64,000 nt of DNA from Candidatus Marinacidobacterales bacterium (GCA_965219415.1 CBDCNP010000002.1:3744001-3808000); one strand, 5' to 3'. Counted from the stretch's first letter, positions 20,915-31,434 are shown. Notes: generated from the sequence alone by a model not told the origin. Made by a program: numbers and translations.

Positions 20915-22404
20915 TGGAAGCGCTGCGAAACCCCATCATTTTAGGGAGCGTGGCTCTCTATATGGCCATGTGCATAGGCGTGGGGATCTGGGCGCTCCGA
21001 CGCACCAAATCATCACGCGACTTTTTCATGGCCGGCCGCAACCTCGGCATGCTCGTAACCGGCGTGGCTCTCTTCTCGAGCATGATGAGTGGCTTCGGTT
21101 TCGTCGGTGGGCCGGGTCTCGTGTACCTCATGGGGATGAGCTCGGTGTGGATGATCACGACGATTGCCATCGGATGGGCGGTCACCGATTTTTTGGTCGC
21201 AAAACGTCTACGGGTCTTTGCGGGCGTCTTCGACACCATCTCCCTCCCCGATGCGGTGGCGGCCCGATACGGTAGCGAGACCAGCCGCCTTCTCACTTCG
21301 GTTGCCCTCCTCTTGGGGGTCATGGGCTACCTAGCTACACAGATACTCGCCATGGCGATCGTCCTCCAAACGATCCTCCAAAACGCGATCGGCGAGATCG
21401 GACTCGTGACCTGCGCGGCGATCGGCTGTGCGGTCCTCGTTTTCTACAGTGTCACCGGGGGGATCATCGCGTCCGTCTACACCGATATCGTGCAGGGCAC
21501 GGTGATGGTCGTGGCGGGCGTCCTCATTTTCTTCACCGCCCTCTCCGTCTTCGAAGGCGGAGGGAGCGCGGCAACGACGGCGATCATGAACGATGATCCT
21601 GAGGCGATCGGCACCTGGGGAACACTGGGCATGATGGGTTGTCTCTCGTGGTTCTTCATGTTCACCGTGGGCAGCGCCGGACAACCACATATCGTCACCA
21701 AAGGTATGATGATCCGGCGCCTCCAAGACTATCAGTTCATTCCACTCATTTCGGTTTTCGGATATACAATGACCGCATTGCTCTGGGTCGGCATCGGGCT
21801 CGTGATGCGGGCACTGGTACTCCAGGGAGCTCACCCCGAGCTCGCGACCGCCGACGCCGCGGCGCCGGAGTTTCTCCAGCACTACGCCCATCCAATTCTC
21901 GCCGGTTTGGTTTTCGCGGCGCTCTTCGCCGCCATCATGTCGACGGCAGACGCTTTCCTCAATATCGGGGCCGCCGCCGTCGTCCACGATATCCCGCGAG
22001 CGATCCTCCGCCGCCCCCTCGCGAACGAGCTCTTCTGGGCCCGCGTCGGTACCGTGGTCATCGCGGTCGTGGCCCTACTCTTCGCGATGTACTCCTACTA
22101 TGAGAATGCTCGCTTCGTCGCTTTGCTAGGTGCTTTCGGATGGGGCACTTTCGGAGCCGCCCTCGTGCCCACCGTCGCCATAGGGTTCAATTGGAAACGG
22201 GCTACCTCCTTCGCCGCCAACATTGCGATCGTATCGAGCCTGCTCGTGAACTTCGGTATCGAAGTCTTCGATGTTAGAATCCCTCACAACATTCATGGCG
22301 GAACGCTCTCCCTACTTGTTTCACTGCTTCTTTTCTTCGGAATCTCTTTTGCTTCGACCCCACCAAAGTTGGATCCAGACGTCGAAGCGGCAATGGATAT
22401 CTGA
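20914..22404 (+). CDS. Solute:sodium symporter (SSS)
   Basis: DFFMAGR, SGFGFVGGPG, GGIIASVYTDIVQG, AAIMSTAD. Confidence 0.85.
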   Translation: MEALRNPIILGSVALYMAMCIGVGIWALRRTKSSRDFFMAGRNLGMLVTGVALFSSMMSGFGFVGGPGLVYLMGMSSVWMITTIAIGWAVTDFLVAKRLRVFAGVFDTISLPDAVAARYGSETSRLLTSVALLLGVMGYLATQILAMAIVLQTILQNAIGEIGLVTCAAIGCAVLVFYSVTGGIIASVYTDIVQGTVMVVAGVLIFFTALSVFEGGGSAATTAIMNDDPEAIGTWGTLGMMGCLSWFFMFTVGSAGQPHIVTKGMMIRRLQDYQFIPLISVFGYTMTALLWVGIGLVMRALVLQGAHPELATADAAAPEFLQHYAHPILAGLVFAALFAAIMSTADAFLNIGAAAVVHDIPRAILRRPLANELFWARVGTVVIAVVALLFAMYSYYENARFVALLGAFGWGTFGAALVPTVAIGFNWKRATSFAANIAIVSSLLVNFGIEVFDVRIPHNIHGGTLSLLVSLLLFFGISFASTPPKLDPDVEAAMDI

Positions 22405-22604
22405 TGCAACGGAAACTCATGAACCTCTCATTGATTCCTATCTCCATCCTCGTGTCCACCCTCTTCGCAAAGCCGTCATTTCGAAAGTGTGCCAATCTTA
22501 GTTGGGAATTGAAACGGCTCCAAACCCCGTGGTTTGATGGCGTTGGACAAAACAAAATCAAGCCGCGAAGAAAGGAGCCGAGATCCGGAATCCGAATCTG
22601 GTAC

Positions 22605-23029
22605 CTTACGGCGGTTCCGGCCTCGTCTGCACCGTCGGCGACTTCTTGCGTTTCGCGCAGATGCTCGCCAACGGTGGGGTGCTGGACGGGGTGCGGATTC
22701 TTGGGCGGAAGACCGTGGACTTCATGATGCTCGACCATTTGGGACCCGAGCTCGGGCCCGCACCGCTCGGCGAGGCGGCGGGTTGGTACGGGATGAGCCC
22801 CGAAGGCTTGGGCTTCGGGCTTGGTGGCTCCGTCGTCCGCAGCGTCGCTCAGAACTCCTTGATCGGCTCGACCGGCGACTTTTCCTGGGGCGGGGCGGCC
22901 AGTACTTACTTTTGGATCGATCGGAGCGAAGAGCTCATCGCCGTGCAGTTCACCCAACTCATGCCGTCTGACAAGTATCCGATTCGTGCCGAGATGAAGA
23001 TCCTCACGAATCAAGCCATCATCGACTGA
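22605..23029 (+). pseudogene. Serine hydrolase (beta-lactamase class C-like) C-terminal fragment
   Basis: GGSGLV..DFLRFAQMLANGG, GFGLG, WGGAASTYFWID. Confidence 0.7.
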
Positions 23030-23089
23030 ACGCAAGAGGCGCAGAATATGGCGCGAGACGTTTTCGCCCCCCGACTGAGCATCGGATGC

Positions 23090-24116
23090 GTTTGAGCTTG
23101 CTTAACGTCCCAAGGGGTGTCGTCTCGGTCATCCCCCACGCCTGGATGATCTCGATACCGTGACGATCGAATGCCCGGATCAATGTTTCGGGAACGGCGG
23201 CTCCTCCCACCAGAGCGCGCATTCCCGGACTAAGGGTCCAGCGTTCCGGTGTCTTGTCCAACTCTTGCACCATCCCGAGCCAGATGGTGGGAACGCCCGC
23301 CGTGAGAGTGACCTTCTCTTTTTCGTATAGATCCAGGAGACTGGGTGGGTCCAAGTGCGGACCGGGGAACACCAGCTTGCCACCCACCAGAGTCACGGTG
23401 AAGGGAAGGCCCCAACAGTTGACGTGGAACATCGGCACCACCGGTAAGACGACATCCCGCTGGGAAAGTCCCATCATGTCTTCGAGGGCACAGGCGAACG
23501 AGTGCAGCACGAGGGCGCGATGCGAGTACAGGACGCCCTTGGGACGGCCCGTGGTGCCCGACGTGTAACAGAGGCCCGCCGCATCGTTCTCGTCGAGCTC
23601 TGGCTCCTCCAAGTCTCCGGTGACACGATCCAGTAGCTCTTCGTAGCTCTCATAGCCTTCGGGGATCGCGTTCTCCGTATGAGAAACAACGAAGACACGT
23701 TCGAACTTCACGCGGCCAGAGAACCTCTCGAACAATGGCAGCAAGACGTCATCGACGATCAGAAACCGATCTTCGGCGTGCTCGACGATGTAGACCAGAT
23801 CGTCCGGGTGGAAGCGAAGGTTCAGCGTGTGGAAGACGCCACCCGCAGCTGGAATGCCGAAGTAGGTCTCCAGGTGGGCGTGGTGGTTCCACATGAACGT
23901 CGCCACGCGATCACCGCGGTTGAGGCCCGCCGCGAGAAGTCCCTCGCTCAGGGCCCGGGACCGACGCTCAATGTCCGCGTAGGTGTGCCGCCGGAGAGAC
24001 TTGTCGGGTTCTTGGGAAACGACCTCGACCCGGGCGAAGAGCTTAGCGGCGCGTCTGAGGAGGTGTGTCAAGGTCAGAGGGTAGTTCATCATGGCGCCTT
24101 GCATTCGATCCTTCAT
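23090..24116 (-). pseudogene. Medium/long-chain acyl-CoA ligase (AlkK/DmdB-like), C-terminally truncated
   Basis: CYTSGTTGRPKGVLYSHR, VPMFHVNCWG, QAWGMTETTP; ends abruptly at ~340 aa. Confidence 0.8.
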
Positions 24117-24129
24117 TTGTGCCCCAATG

Positions 24130-24222
24130 CGCGCTCACTCCTCGTTCGCGCGCTTGGCGCCTCGCTCCTCGCTCGGCTTCCCGTCGTCGGCCCACTCGGG
24201 CCGGGCTCGCTCCGCTCGCGCA
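24130..24222. repeat. REP-like GC-rich intergenic element with GCTC/CTCGC units and a small hairpin
   Basis: CTCGCTCCTCGCTCGG...CGGCCCACTCGGGCCG...CTCGCTCCGCTCGCG. Confidence 0.35.
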
Positions 24223-24431
24223 GGGTGCAGTGAAACTATTGGCACCCTGCTAGTTGGAATCGGATTCTATAACTCATGTGACTTCCTCGGCAATCTGACT
24301 TTCATCCGCTGCAGATAACTGACGAAGCTGACTCCGACCGGAAGGGCTAAGATCTTCCACCGAACTCTGGAAGCTCTAGGAAGGGACATGGTGGAGGGGA
24401 TAGGCGGCAGAAAGAGGGTCGATCCGTCTTA

Positions 24432-25055
24432 CTACGGACCCACCCATTCGACGTAGGCGTACTCGCCGCTCTTGCCCGAAAGATCCCAATTACGGCCCCA
24501 GTCCCGAAAGCGGCTCTTGGTCCCGGTACAGACGACGACGTCGGGCGACATCCAGTAATTGGTGTTGCTGATCTCGGTAACTCCCAGCCCCCCGGCGCCG
24601 ACGATGGGCTCGATGAAGCCGTCGATCGTCTTTGGAATGGCTACACGCCATCCTCTGCCTTTCTTCTCGAAGGTGATGGGCACTTGCTTGGTGCCGAGAA
24701 AGTTGGCGATCATGATCCGGAACCAACTGACCGGACCACCCGCCTGGCCGGAAAGGATGTCGGTCATTGCCTTGGCGGCGGCGGGACTCGCCTGATCGTC
24801 GATGTAGAGAGCGAAGGTCCAACCACCTTCGGCGAGAGGCCCTGGTACATCCATCAAGACCGCGGCCTTTAGGCCGTCCAGCTTCTCGTCACCGGCATGC
24901 CCCTTGTGTACGTTGAGTGCCCACCAAGTCTGACAAACACCCTGGCTGGGCTTCGCCTTGCCGAGGGAAATCACACAAGGACAAAACACATCACAGTTGC
25001 AACTAAGTGCAAGCTCTCCTTTGATTTTCCAGGGTGCCACTTCTTTCTTCTTCAC
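24432..25055 (-). CDS. DUF1326 domain protein (Cys-rich, putative metal binding)
   Basis: W.IKGE...SCNCDVFCPC, YIDDQAS, LSGQAGGP, WDLSGKSGE. Confidence 0.8.
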   Translation of the reverse strand: MKKKEVAPWKIKGELALSCNCDVFCPCVISLGKAKPSQGVCQTWWALNVHKGHAGDEKLDGLKAAVLMDVPGPLAEGGWTFALYIDDQASPAAAKAMTDILSGQAGGPVSWFRIMIANFLGTKQVPITFEKKGRGWRVAIPKTIDGFIEPIVGAGGLGVTEISNTNYWMSPDVVVCTGTKSRFRDWGRNWDLSGKSGEYAYVEWVGP

Positions 25056-25082
25056 TCCGTTCCTTTCGTCGCTACGCTGACG

Positions 25083-25883
25083 TTACTTCACTAGACCCAA
25101 CTGCAACAAGTACACGCCCCAACCTACGAACACCAACCCCGCCAATCGCCCGATCTTGTCCCCCGATGGAGCCAACTTTTCGACGAGAACGAAGGCCGCG
25201 ATCGCCGCCAGCCATAGAAGATTCATGACCCCGGCGACGAACATCAGGGCCATCAACGCCCAGCAGCAACCCACGCAGAACGCCCCGTGCTCGAGCCCCA
25301 TCCTTAGGGCCCCCGATCTTCCGGACCGCCACGAGGTCATGAAAAAAGCTAGAGGAGATCGGCAGTGGGTCAAGCACGCATACTTGAGTCGACTCCATTG
25401 AAACGCACCCGCCACGATCAACACGACCCCGCCGAAGATCGCGTTGGCGCTCACTCCCGCGGCGGAAAGAAGCGCCGCCTGGTGGAGGCCCCACTGCGCC
25501 AACGTGCCAACCGCGCTGAAACCGGTCCACGCGACGAGGTAGCCCGTCAAGAACGCCGCGGTGGGAGAGAAGGGTTCGCGTTCCGTTTGTTGCTTTCGAT
25601 TTATCTTTGCGAAGGCCAGAATCATCTGCGAGGCTGACGGCACCATCATCGCGACCATCATGACCGTCCACATCACGAACAGAAACAGGAGGTCCTCGAA
25701 ACTCCACGCTTTCATGTGCGGAAGGGCGTTGCTCTCGCCGACGACGGTGTGAGCGGGGCTCGAGGCCAGGTGGGCGGTGTAAGCCCAAGCAAGCAGCGAC
25801 AAGCCGACGAGGCCACCCATCACGACCGCGCGGTCGCGACTCAATACCGATTCAACGGCCGTAACCCGCTGCTCCGTAACCAT
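25083..25883 (-). CDS. DUF2182 predicted metal-binding membrane protein
   Basis: MWTVMMVAMMVPS, GYLVAW, KYACLTHCRSP, CVGCCWALM, GVMNLLW, VLVEK. Confidence 0.85.
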   Translation of the reverse strand: MVTEQRVTAVESVLSRDRAVVMGGLVGLSLLAWAYTAHLASSPAHTVVGESNALPHMKAWSFEDLLFLFVMWTVMMVAMMVPSASQMILAFAKINRKQQTEREPFSPTAAFLTGYLVAWTGFSAVGTLAQWGLHQAALLSAAGVSANAIFGGVVLIVAGAFQWSRLKYACLTHCRSPLAFFMTSWRSGRSGALRMGLEHGAFCVGCCWALMALMFVAGVMNLLWLAAIAAFVLVEKLAPSGDKIGRLAGLVFVGWGVYLLQLGLVK

Positions 25884-25945
25884 TTTGCTTCCGATGAGTA
25901 CTCTTTCCCTGCGGGTGTGTCAACTTGAAGGCGCGGAGTTAACCA

Positions 25946-27217
25946 CTAATCACTATCCTTCTCGAACCGAGACAACGAGAAAAACGGATCGGGCGATCGT
26001 TTCCCGAGCACGAGATCGGCGAGCTGCTCGCCCACCGCGGGGCCGTGCTTGAAACCATGCCCTGAGCCACCTCCTACCAGCCATACGTTCTCCAACTGTG
26101 GATGGCGATCGAGTATGAAGCGTGTGTCCGGACTGTTCTCGTACTGACACACCCGTGCCTCGAGAAGGGGCGCTCCCTTGAGCCCTGGGAATCGGAACTC
26201 GATGTAGTCGCGCGCCGCCGCCAGCGACGCAGGCGAGTAGGTTCTTTCACCTTCCGTGGGATCGAATGGCTGGCCACGACTATCGTCTGCGATCTTGAAC
26301 CCCCGCCACTCGCTTCCCGGAATGCCGTAGAAGATTCGCTCGCCGTTGTCGATCCATACCGGAAGGTTCGCCGCGGAGTAGCGATCGTCTCCGGGCGGCG
26401 TGCCGAAGTAGAAGACTTCCTGTCGCGTCGGCCGGATGCGATCTCCTAGGACATCGGGGAAAAGCTTGCCGAGCCAAGGGCCACAGGCGAAGACATATTG
26501 GTCCGCGACGAGGGACGAACCGTCCGCGAGCACGACCCCTGCCAACTTTCCGTTCGCACCGGCTTTCGGTTGGGCGGCACTCTGGCGGTACTCTCCTCCC
26601 TCGGCGAGGAAACCTTCGAGCACCGCGGCGCAAGCCCGACGTGCCAGCAGGTAGCCCGCGTCTTCCTCTGTGATCGCCCAGCGGACGCCCTCGAAATTGA
26701 CTTGAGGGAACCGTCGTCGCGCCTCGGCCACGTCGAGCTCCTCGAATCGAAGACCGGCGTCGCGCAGTAGCGGCAACGATGCCTTTTCGTAGGCGTCGTC
26801 GTCACCCACCATCCAGAGCATACCGTTCGGTCGATAGAGCCGACGGTTCCATAGTTTCTCGTTCTCTCTCCAGAGCGCGAGCGAACGAGCCACCATCTCC
26901 ACATAGATCCGATCCGGACCATAGGTCCCTCGAATGACCCGCGTCTCGCCCCCCGAGCTCGCCCGGGCGTTTCCCGGTCCCCAGGTGTCAAGCAGAGTGA
27001 CCTTGGCACCGCTCCTCAAGAGATGAAGCGCGGTCCAACCCCCAAACGATCCCGCGCCCACCACAACGACGCGAGGACCTTGGCGCTTCACAAGCTTAGC
27101 CGGCCCACCCAGCGCTCGGAATCCTGGAATCATCCCCACCGCGGCGCTTGCCTTCAGTACCGACCGGCGGGACACCCCGCGCCCCTTTCGCCTAGAACCA
27201 CTACCTTTGTTCGCCAT
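25946..27217 (-). CDS. Monomeric sarcosine-oxidase-like FAD oxidoreductase with Tat-like leader
   Basis: SRRSVLK; VVGAGSFG; SSGGETRVIR; CQYENSPD; GGSGHGFKHGP. Confidence 0.82.
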   Translation of the reverse strand: MANKGSGSRRKGRGVSRRSVLKASAAVGMIPGFRALGGPAKLVKRQGPRVVVVGAGSFGGWTALHLLRSGAKVTLLDTWGPGNARASSGGETRVIRGTYGPDRIYVEMVARSLALWRENEKLWNRRLYRPNGMLWMVGDDDAYEKASLPLLRDAGLRFEELDVAEARRRFPQVNFEGVRWAITEEDAGYLLARRACAAVLEGFLAEGGEYRQSAAQPKAGANGKLAGVVLADGSSLVADQYVFACGPWLGKLFPDVLGDRIRPTRQEVFYFGTPPGDDRYSAANLPVWIDNGERIFYGIPGSEWRGFKIADDSRGQPFDPTEGERTYSPASLAAARDYIEFRFPGLKGAPLLEARVCQYENSPDTRFILDRHPQLENVWLVGGGSGHGFKHGPAVGEQLADLVLGKRSPDPFFSLSRFEKDSD

Positions 27218-27293
27218 CGGCCCTCCTCGTTCCCCGAAAGCCTATGCTCGGTTATACCTGCCGTCCACCCTCCCACCGCCACGTATTAAGGTT

Positions 27294-27329
27294 TGTCCAT
27301 AATATGTAAAATTTTTCACAATATGGACA
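27294..27329. promoter_or_regulatory. AT-rich palindromic operator in the divergent promoter region
   Basis: TGTCCATA-N20-TATGGACA, made of two imperfect palindromes (GTCCATAATATGTAA, TTTCACAATATGGAC). Confidence 0.55.
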
Positions 27330-27346
27330 GGAACTACACAACGGTC

Positions 27347-28463
27347 GTGAGCTCACCCGCCGTGGAGACGCGCCGGCCATTCGAACAATCCTCGACCCTT
27401 CCAGGCGAGTTCTACCATTCTTCGGAGATCCTTTCCGCAGAGCTCGACCGGATCTTTCGCGAGAACGTGGATCGCCGTCGGCCGCGAGGAAGACATTTCC
27501 GAGCCGGGGAGCTACTTCACTCGCGAAATCGGTAGGGAATCCATCGTTTTGCTACGTGATGACGGCGGTGAACCAAGAGCGTTCTTCAACGTCTGCCGGC
27601 ACCGGGGTGCCAACCTCTTGGAAAGCTGTGACGGAGCCAGGCTCACGAAAATCCAGTGCCCTTACCACGCCTGGACCTACGGTCTCGATGGGCGTCTCGC
27701 CGCCGCTCCCCTCATGGAGTCGACACCCGGTTTCTCGAAGGACGACTACCCGCCGGTTCCGGCAAAGGTCGAGACATGGGAAGGCTTTCTCTTCGTGAAC
27801 TTAGATGTCGGTGCGGGGCCTCTCGAGCGACAACTCGCTGGCTTTCCCGACATCTCGCGCTTTCAGCTTCCACGGCTGCGCCGGGGAGGCCGCATCGCCT
27901 ACGATGTCGCCGCCAACTGGAAGCTCATTGGCGAGAACTACAACGAGTGCTACCACTGTGCTCTCGCGCATCCCCAACCTCATCGTATCAGCCACTATCA
28001 GAGTGGGGGCAGAACACACACCGGCTTGAACTTCACCGGCGGCCCGATGACCCTCAACGAGGGGTTTAAGACCATGACCATGAGCGGGAAGAGCACCCGC
28101 CCTCCCATTCCGGATCTCGATCCGGAGGATCATCGGACCGTTCACTACTTCCACCTCTACCCAGGCCTTCTTCTCAGTCTCCATCCTGACTACGTCTTGA
28201 CGCACACCGTCTGGCCGGTCGATACATCCCGGAGCCGCGTAATCTGTGAATGGCTCTTCACGCAGGACGCCATGGGTCGAGAAGACTTCGACGGAGGCGA
28301 CGCCATCGAGTTCTGGGACGTCACCAATCGACAAGACTGGGAACTCTGCGGGATCGCTCAAAAAGGAGTCCAGTCCCGAGGCTACCGGCCCGGCCGCTAT
28401 CAAGCGGGCGAGAGCTCGGTCCACGCCTTCGACAACTGGTACCTCGGCCAACTGGAGCGCTAA
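27347..28463 (+). CDS. Rieske non-heme iron oxygenase alpha subunit (GbcA/choline monooxygenase-like), frameshift ~27463
   Basis: NVCRHRG...CPYHAWTY; NWKLIGENYNECYHC..AHP; WDVTNRQDW. Confidence 0.85.
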
Positions 28464-28552
28464 CGAGCCGAGCCCTCTCGGCGCTGGCATCGAAGCCCGT
28501 ACTTGTGGTACTGAAACCAGCCGCAGGTGATGATCCTTCAAAGGAGACGGAA

Positions 28553-29701
28553 ATGGGCGCTCTAGACATGGCGACGGTTCAGAGAGGGGCGAGGGTTCGC
28601 CGCTCACCATTCTTCGATGCGACGCAGCGTTACGGCTGCTGGGGCTACACGGTCTACAACCACATGTTTCTCCCCATCGGCTACGACGACCTCGAAAAGG
28701 AGTATTGGAAGCTCCTCACCGACGTATCGATATGGGATGTGAGCGTCGAGCGTCAGGTGGAGATAAAAGGCCCGGACGGTTTCGCCTTTACAAACCTTCT
28801 GACCCCGCGCGACCTCACCAAATGTGAAGTCGGCCAGGGCAAATACGTGCTGATCACCGCGGAAGACGGTGGCATCATCAACGATCCCGTGCTGCTTCGC
28901 CTCGGTGAGAACCATTTCTGGCTCGCCCTGGCGGATAGCGACGTGCTGCTTTGGGCCAAAGGAGTCGCCTACAAATCCGGTATGGACGTCGAGATCGGAG
29001 AGCCGGATGTCTCTCCCATGCAAGTCCAGGGACCGAAGTCGAAGGAGCTCGTCAAGGCCCTCTTCGGCGACAAGGTGCTCGATCTCAAGTACTACTATTT
29101 CCTCGAGACCGAGCTCGATGGCATCCCGGTGATTGTCACTCGCACCGGCTGGACCGGCGAAGTTGGCTACGAGCTCTATTTGCGTGATGGTAGTCGCGGC
29201 GATGAGCTCTGGGACAGGGTGATGGCCGCGGGAAAGCCATTCAATATCGCCCCTACCGGCCCGTCGGATATCCGTCGCGTGGAAGCGGGGATTCTCAACC
29301 ACGGCATCGACATCAACATCGACACCAACCCCTATGAAGTCGATCTCGACCGCTTGGTGAACCTGGATCAGGAAGCCGACTTCATCGGCAAAGAAGCCTT
29401 GAAGAAGATTCAAGCCGAAGGCGTCAAGCGCAAGTTGGTGGGTGTGGAGATTGCCGGGGATCGCCTGGCTCTCAACATGACCCGCTGGCCGGTGAGCCTC
29501 AACGGAAGTCGACTCGGTAACATCACGTCGGCCGTCTATTCGCCTCGCCTGAAGAAGAACGTAGGTTACGCTTGGGTGCCCGTCGAGCACGCCGATCTAG
29601 GAACGGAGCTGTCGATCGCCCTTCCGGACGGCGACCAGAGGTCGGCCACGATCGTGCCCAAGCCCTTCGTCGATCCAAAAAAGGACATCCCGAAATCGTA
29701 A
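28553..29701 (+). CDS. DmdA-like THF-dependent demethylase (GcvT family)
   Basis: RBS AAGGAG; YTVYNHMFLP, WDVSVERQVEI.GPD, LTPRDL, INDPVLL, ADSDVLLWAKG resemble DmdA-clade motifs. Confidence 0.72.
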   Translation: MGALDMATVQRGARVRRSPFFDATQRYGCWGYTVYNHMFLPIGYDDLEKEYWKLLTDVSIWDVSVERQVEIKGPDGFAFTNLLTPRDLTKCEVGQGKYVLITAEDGGIINDPVLLRLGENHFWLALADSDVLLWAKGVAYKSGMDVEIGEPDVSPMQVQGPKSKELVKALFGDKVLDLKYYYFLETELDGIPVIVTRTGWTGEVGYELYLRDGSRGDELWDRVMAAGKPFNIAPTGPSDIRRVEAGILNHGIDINIDTNPYEVDLDRLVNLDQEADFIGKEALKKIQAEGVKRKLVGVEIAGDRLALNMTRWPVSLNGSRLGNITSAVYSPRLKKNVGYAWVPVEHADLGTELSIALPDGDQRSATIVPKPFVDPKKDIPKS

Positions 29702-29744
29702 TCAGCCAATCCCACTGTACTACTAGCCGAGGAGCTCCAAACCC

Positions 29745-31421
29745 ATGACGAAGTCTGCAATCCCTCCCGACATCGAGATTGCACAATCGGCCAAGATCCG
29801 ACCCATCCTCGAGGTGGCCTCCGACCTAGGCCTGGCGCCCGAAGACATCGAACCGTACGGCCATTACAAGGCCAAGGTGCGTCTTGAGGTGTTGGAGCGA
29901 GCCAAGAAGAAGGCTCCCTTGGTCTTGGTGACCGCTACCAGCCCCACCGCAGCGGGGGAGGGGAAAACCACCATGACCGTCGGGCTGGCTCAAGCGCTCA
30001 AGCGACTGGGTCACAAAGCGGCGCCGTGCATCCGAGAGCCGAGTCTCGGTCCGCTCTTTGGTGTGAAGGGCGGGGCGGCAGGAGGCGGCTACTCGCAAGT
30101 CATCCCGATGGAAGACATCAATCTGCATTTCACCGGTGACTTTCACGCCATTACTTCCGCGCACATGCTCCTTTCTGCCTCCATCGATAACCATCTTCAC
30201 CAGGGGAACCCGCTGGGACTGGACCCCCGTCGGATCACATGGACTCGATGCCTGGACATGAACGACCGAGCCCTGAGACAGATCGTGGTGGGGTTGGGCG
30301 GTCCGACCGGAGGTGTTCCGCGGCAAGAAGAGTATGTCATCACCGCCGCGAGCGAGATCATGGCGATCCTCTGCCTCTCGACGGACGTGGCCGATCTGGA
30401 AAAAAGACTCGGGAGCATTCTCGTCGGCTATACCCGCGAACGAAAGCCGGTCCGGGCGCGGGAGCTCGAGGTTGCGGGCGCGATGACGATCGTCCTCAAA
30501 GACGCGCTCAAGCCGAATCTTGTGCAGACGCTCGAAGGCGGCCCCGCCTTTATTCACGGTGGACCCTTCGGAAATATCGCGCATGGATGTAACTCCATCC
30601 TGGGAACCCGAATGGCTATGGCTTTGTCCGACATCGTCGTCACCGAGGCCGGTTTCGGAAGCGACCTAGGCGCCGAAAAGTTTTGCGATATCAAGTGTCG
30701 CGCGGCGGGTCTCGCTCCCGACGCCGCCGTCATCGTGACCACCGTAAGAGCACTCAGGCACAACGGCGGTCAACCGAAGGGCGAGACCGGAGAGGATCCA
30801 AAAGCGCTCGAGGCTGGCCTCGCCAACTTGGATAAGCACATCGAGAACGTCGCCACCTTCGGCTTGCCCGCCATCGTCGCGGTAAACCGCTTCCCCACCG
30901 ACACCGACGCCGAAGTAGAACAGGTGATCGCCCACTGTGTTAAAGTCGGCGCGGCCGCCGCCGATGCGGACATTTTCTCGCGGGGCGGCGAAGGGGGAGA
31001 AACCTTGGCCAAAGCGGTGCTCGAAGTACTGGACACCAAGAAGTCCGCGTTTCGGTTCGCCTACGAAGTCGACGAGTCGATCAAAGACAAGGTCCACGCG
31101 GTGGCAACTAAGATGTACGGTGCCGACGGTGTCGAGTACACCCTCAAAGCGGAAAAAGCGATCGAAGCTCTAGAGCGCAACGGCTTTTCCAATCTACCCG
31201 TCTGTATCGCCAAGACTCAGTATTCACTCAGCGACGAGCCGACCAAGCTCGGACGCCCCCGCGGTTTCCGGATCCACGTGCAAGACGTGCTCGCCTCCGC
31301 CGGAGCGGGGTTCCTCGTCGTTATTGCAGGGTCGGTAATGAGAATGCCGGGGCTTCCTCGCGTTCCTGCCGCTACTCAAATGCATATCGGCCCTGACGGA
31401 AAGACGGTGGGACTCTCTTAG
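29745..31421 (+). CDS. fhs: Formate--tetrahydrofolate ligase
   Basis: PTAAGEGKTT, KGGAAGGGYSQ, HGGPFGNIAHGCNS, TEAGFGSDLGAEKF, CIAKTQYS. Confidence 0.95.
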   Translation: MTKSAIPPDIEIAQSAKIRPILEVASDLGLAPEDIEPYGHYKAKVRLEVLERAKKKAPLVLVTATSPTAAGEGKTTMTVGLAQALKRLGHKAAPCIREPSLGPLFGVKGGAAGGGYSQVIPMEDINLHFTGDFHAITSAHMLLSASIDNHLHQGNPLGLDPRRITWTRCLDMNDRALRQIVVGLGGPTGGVPRQEEYVITAASEIMAILCLSTDVADLEKRLGSILVGYTRERKPVRARELEVAGAMTIVLKDALKPNLVQTLEGGPAFIHGGPFGNIAHGCNSILGTRMAMALSDIVVTEAGFGSDLGAEKFCDIKCRAAGLAPDAAVIVTTVRALRHNGGQPKGETGEDPKALEAGLANLDKHIENVATFGLPAIVAVNRFPTDTDAEVEQVIAHCVKVGAAAADADIFSRGGEGGETLAKAVLEVLDTKKSAFRFAYEVDESIKDKVHAVATKMYGADGVEYTLKAEKAIEALERNGFSNLPVCIAKTQYSLSDEPTKLGRPRGFRIHVQDVLASAGAGFLVVIAGSVMRMPGLPRVPAATQMHIGPDGKTVGLS

Positions 31422-31434
31422 ATGTGAGCGTTGC

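Noticed and set aside
28250-28552. N-terminal extension of the DmdA-like ORF
   Set aside because: Overlaps the Rieske gene; the RBS supports ATG 28553
28604-29590. Long antisense ORFs (also 19534..20364, 31876..32817, 46664..47509, 61223..62218)
   Set aside because: Shadow frames of real high-GC genes with no recognisable motifs
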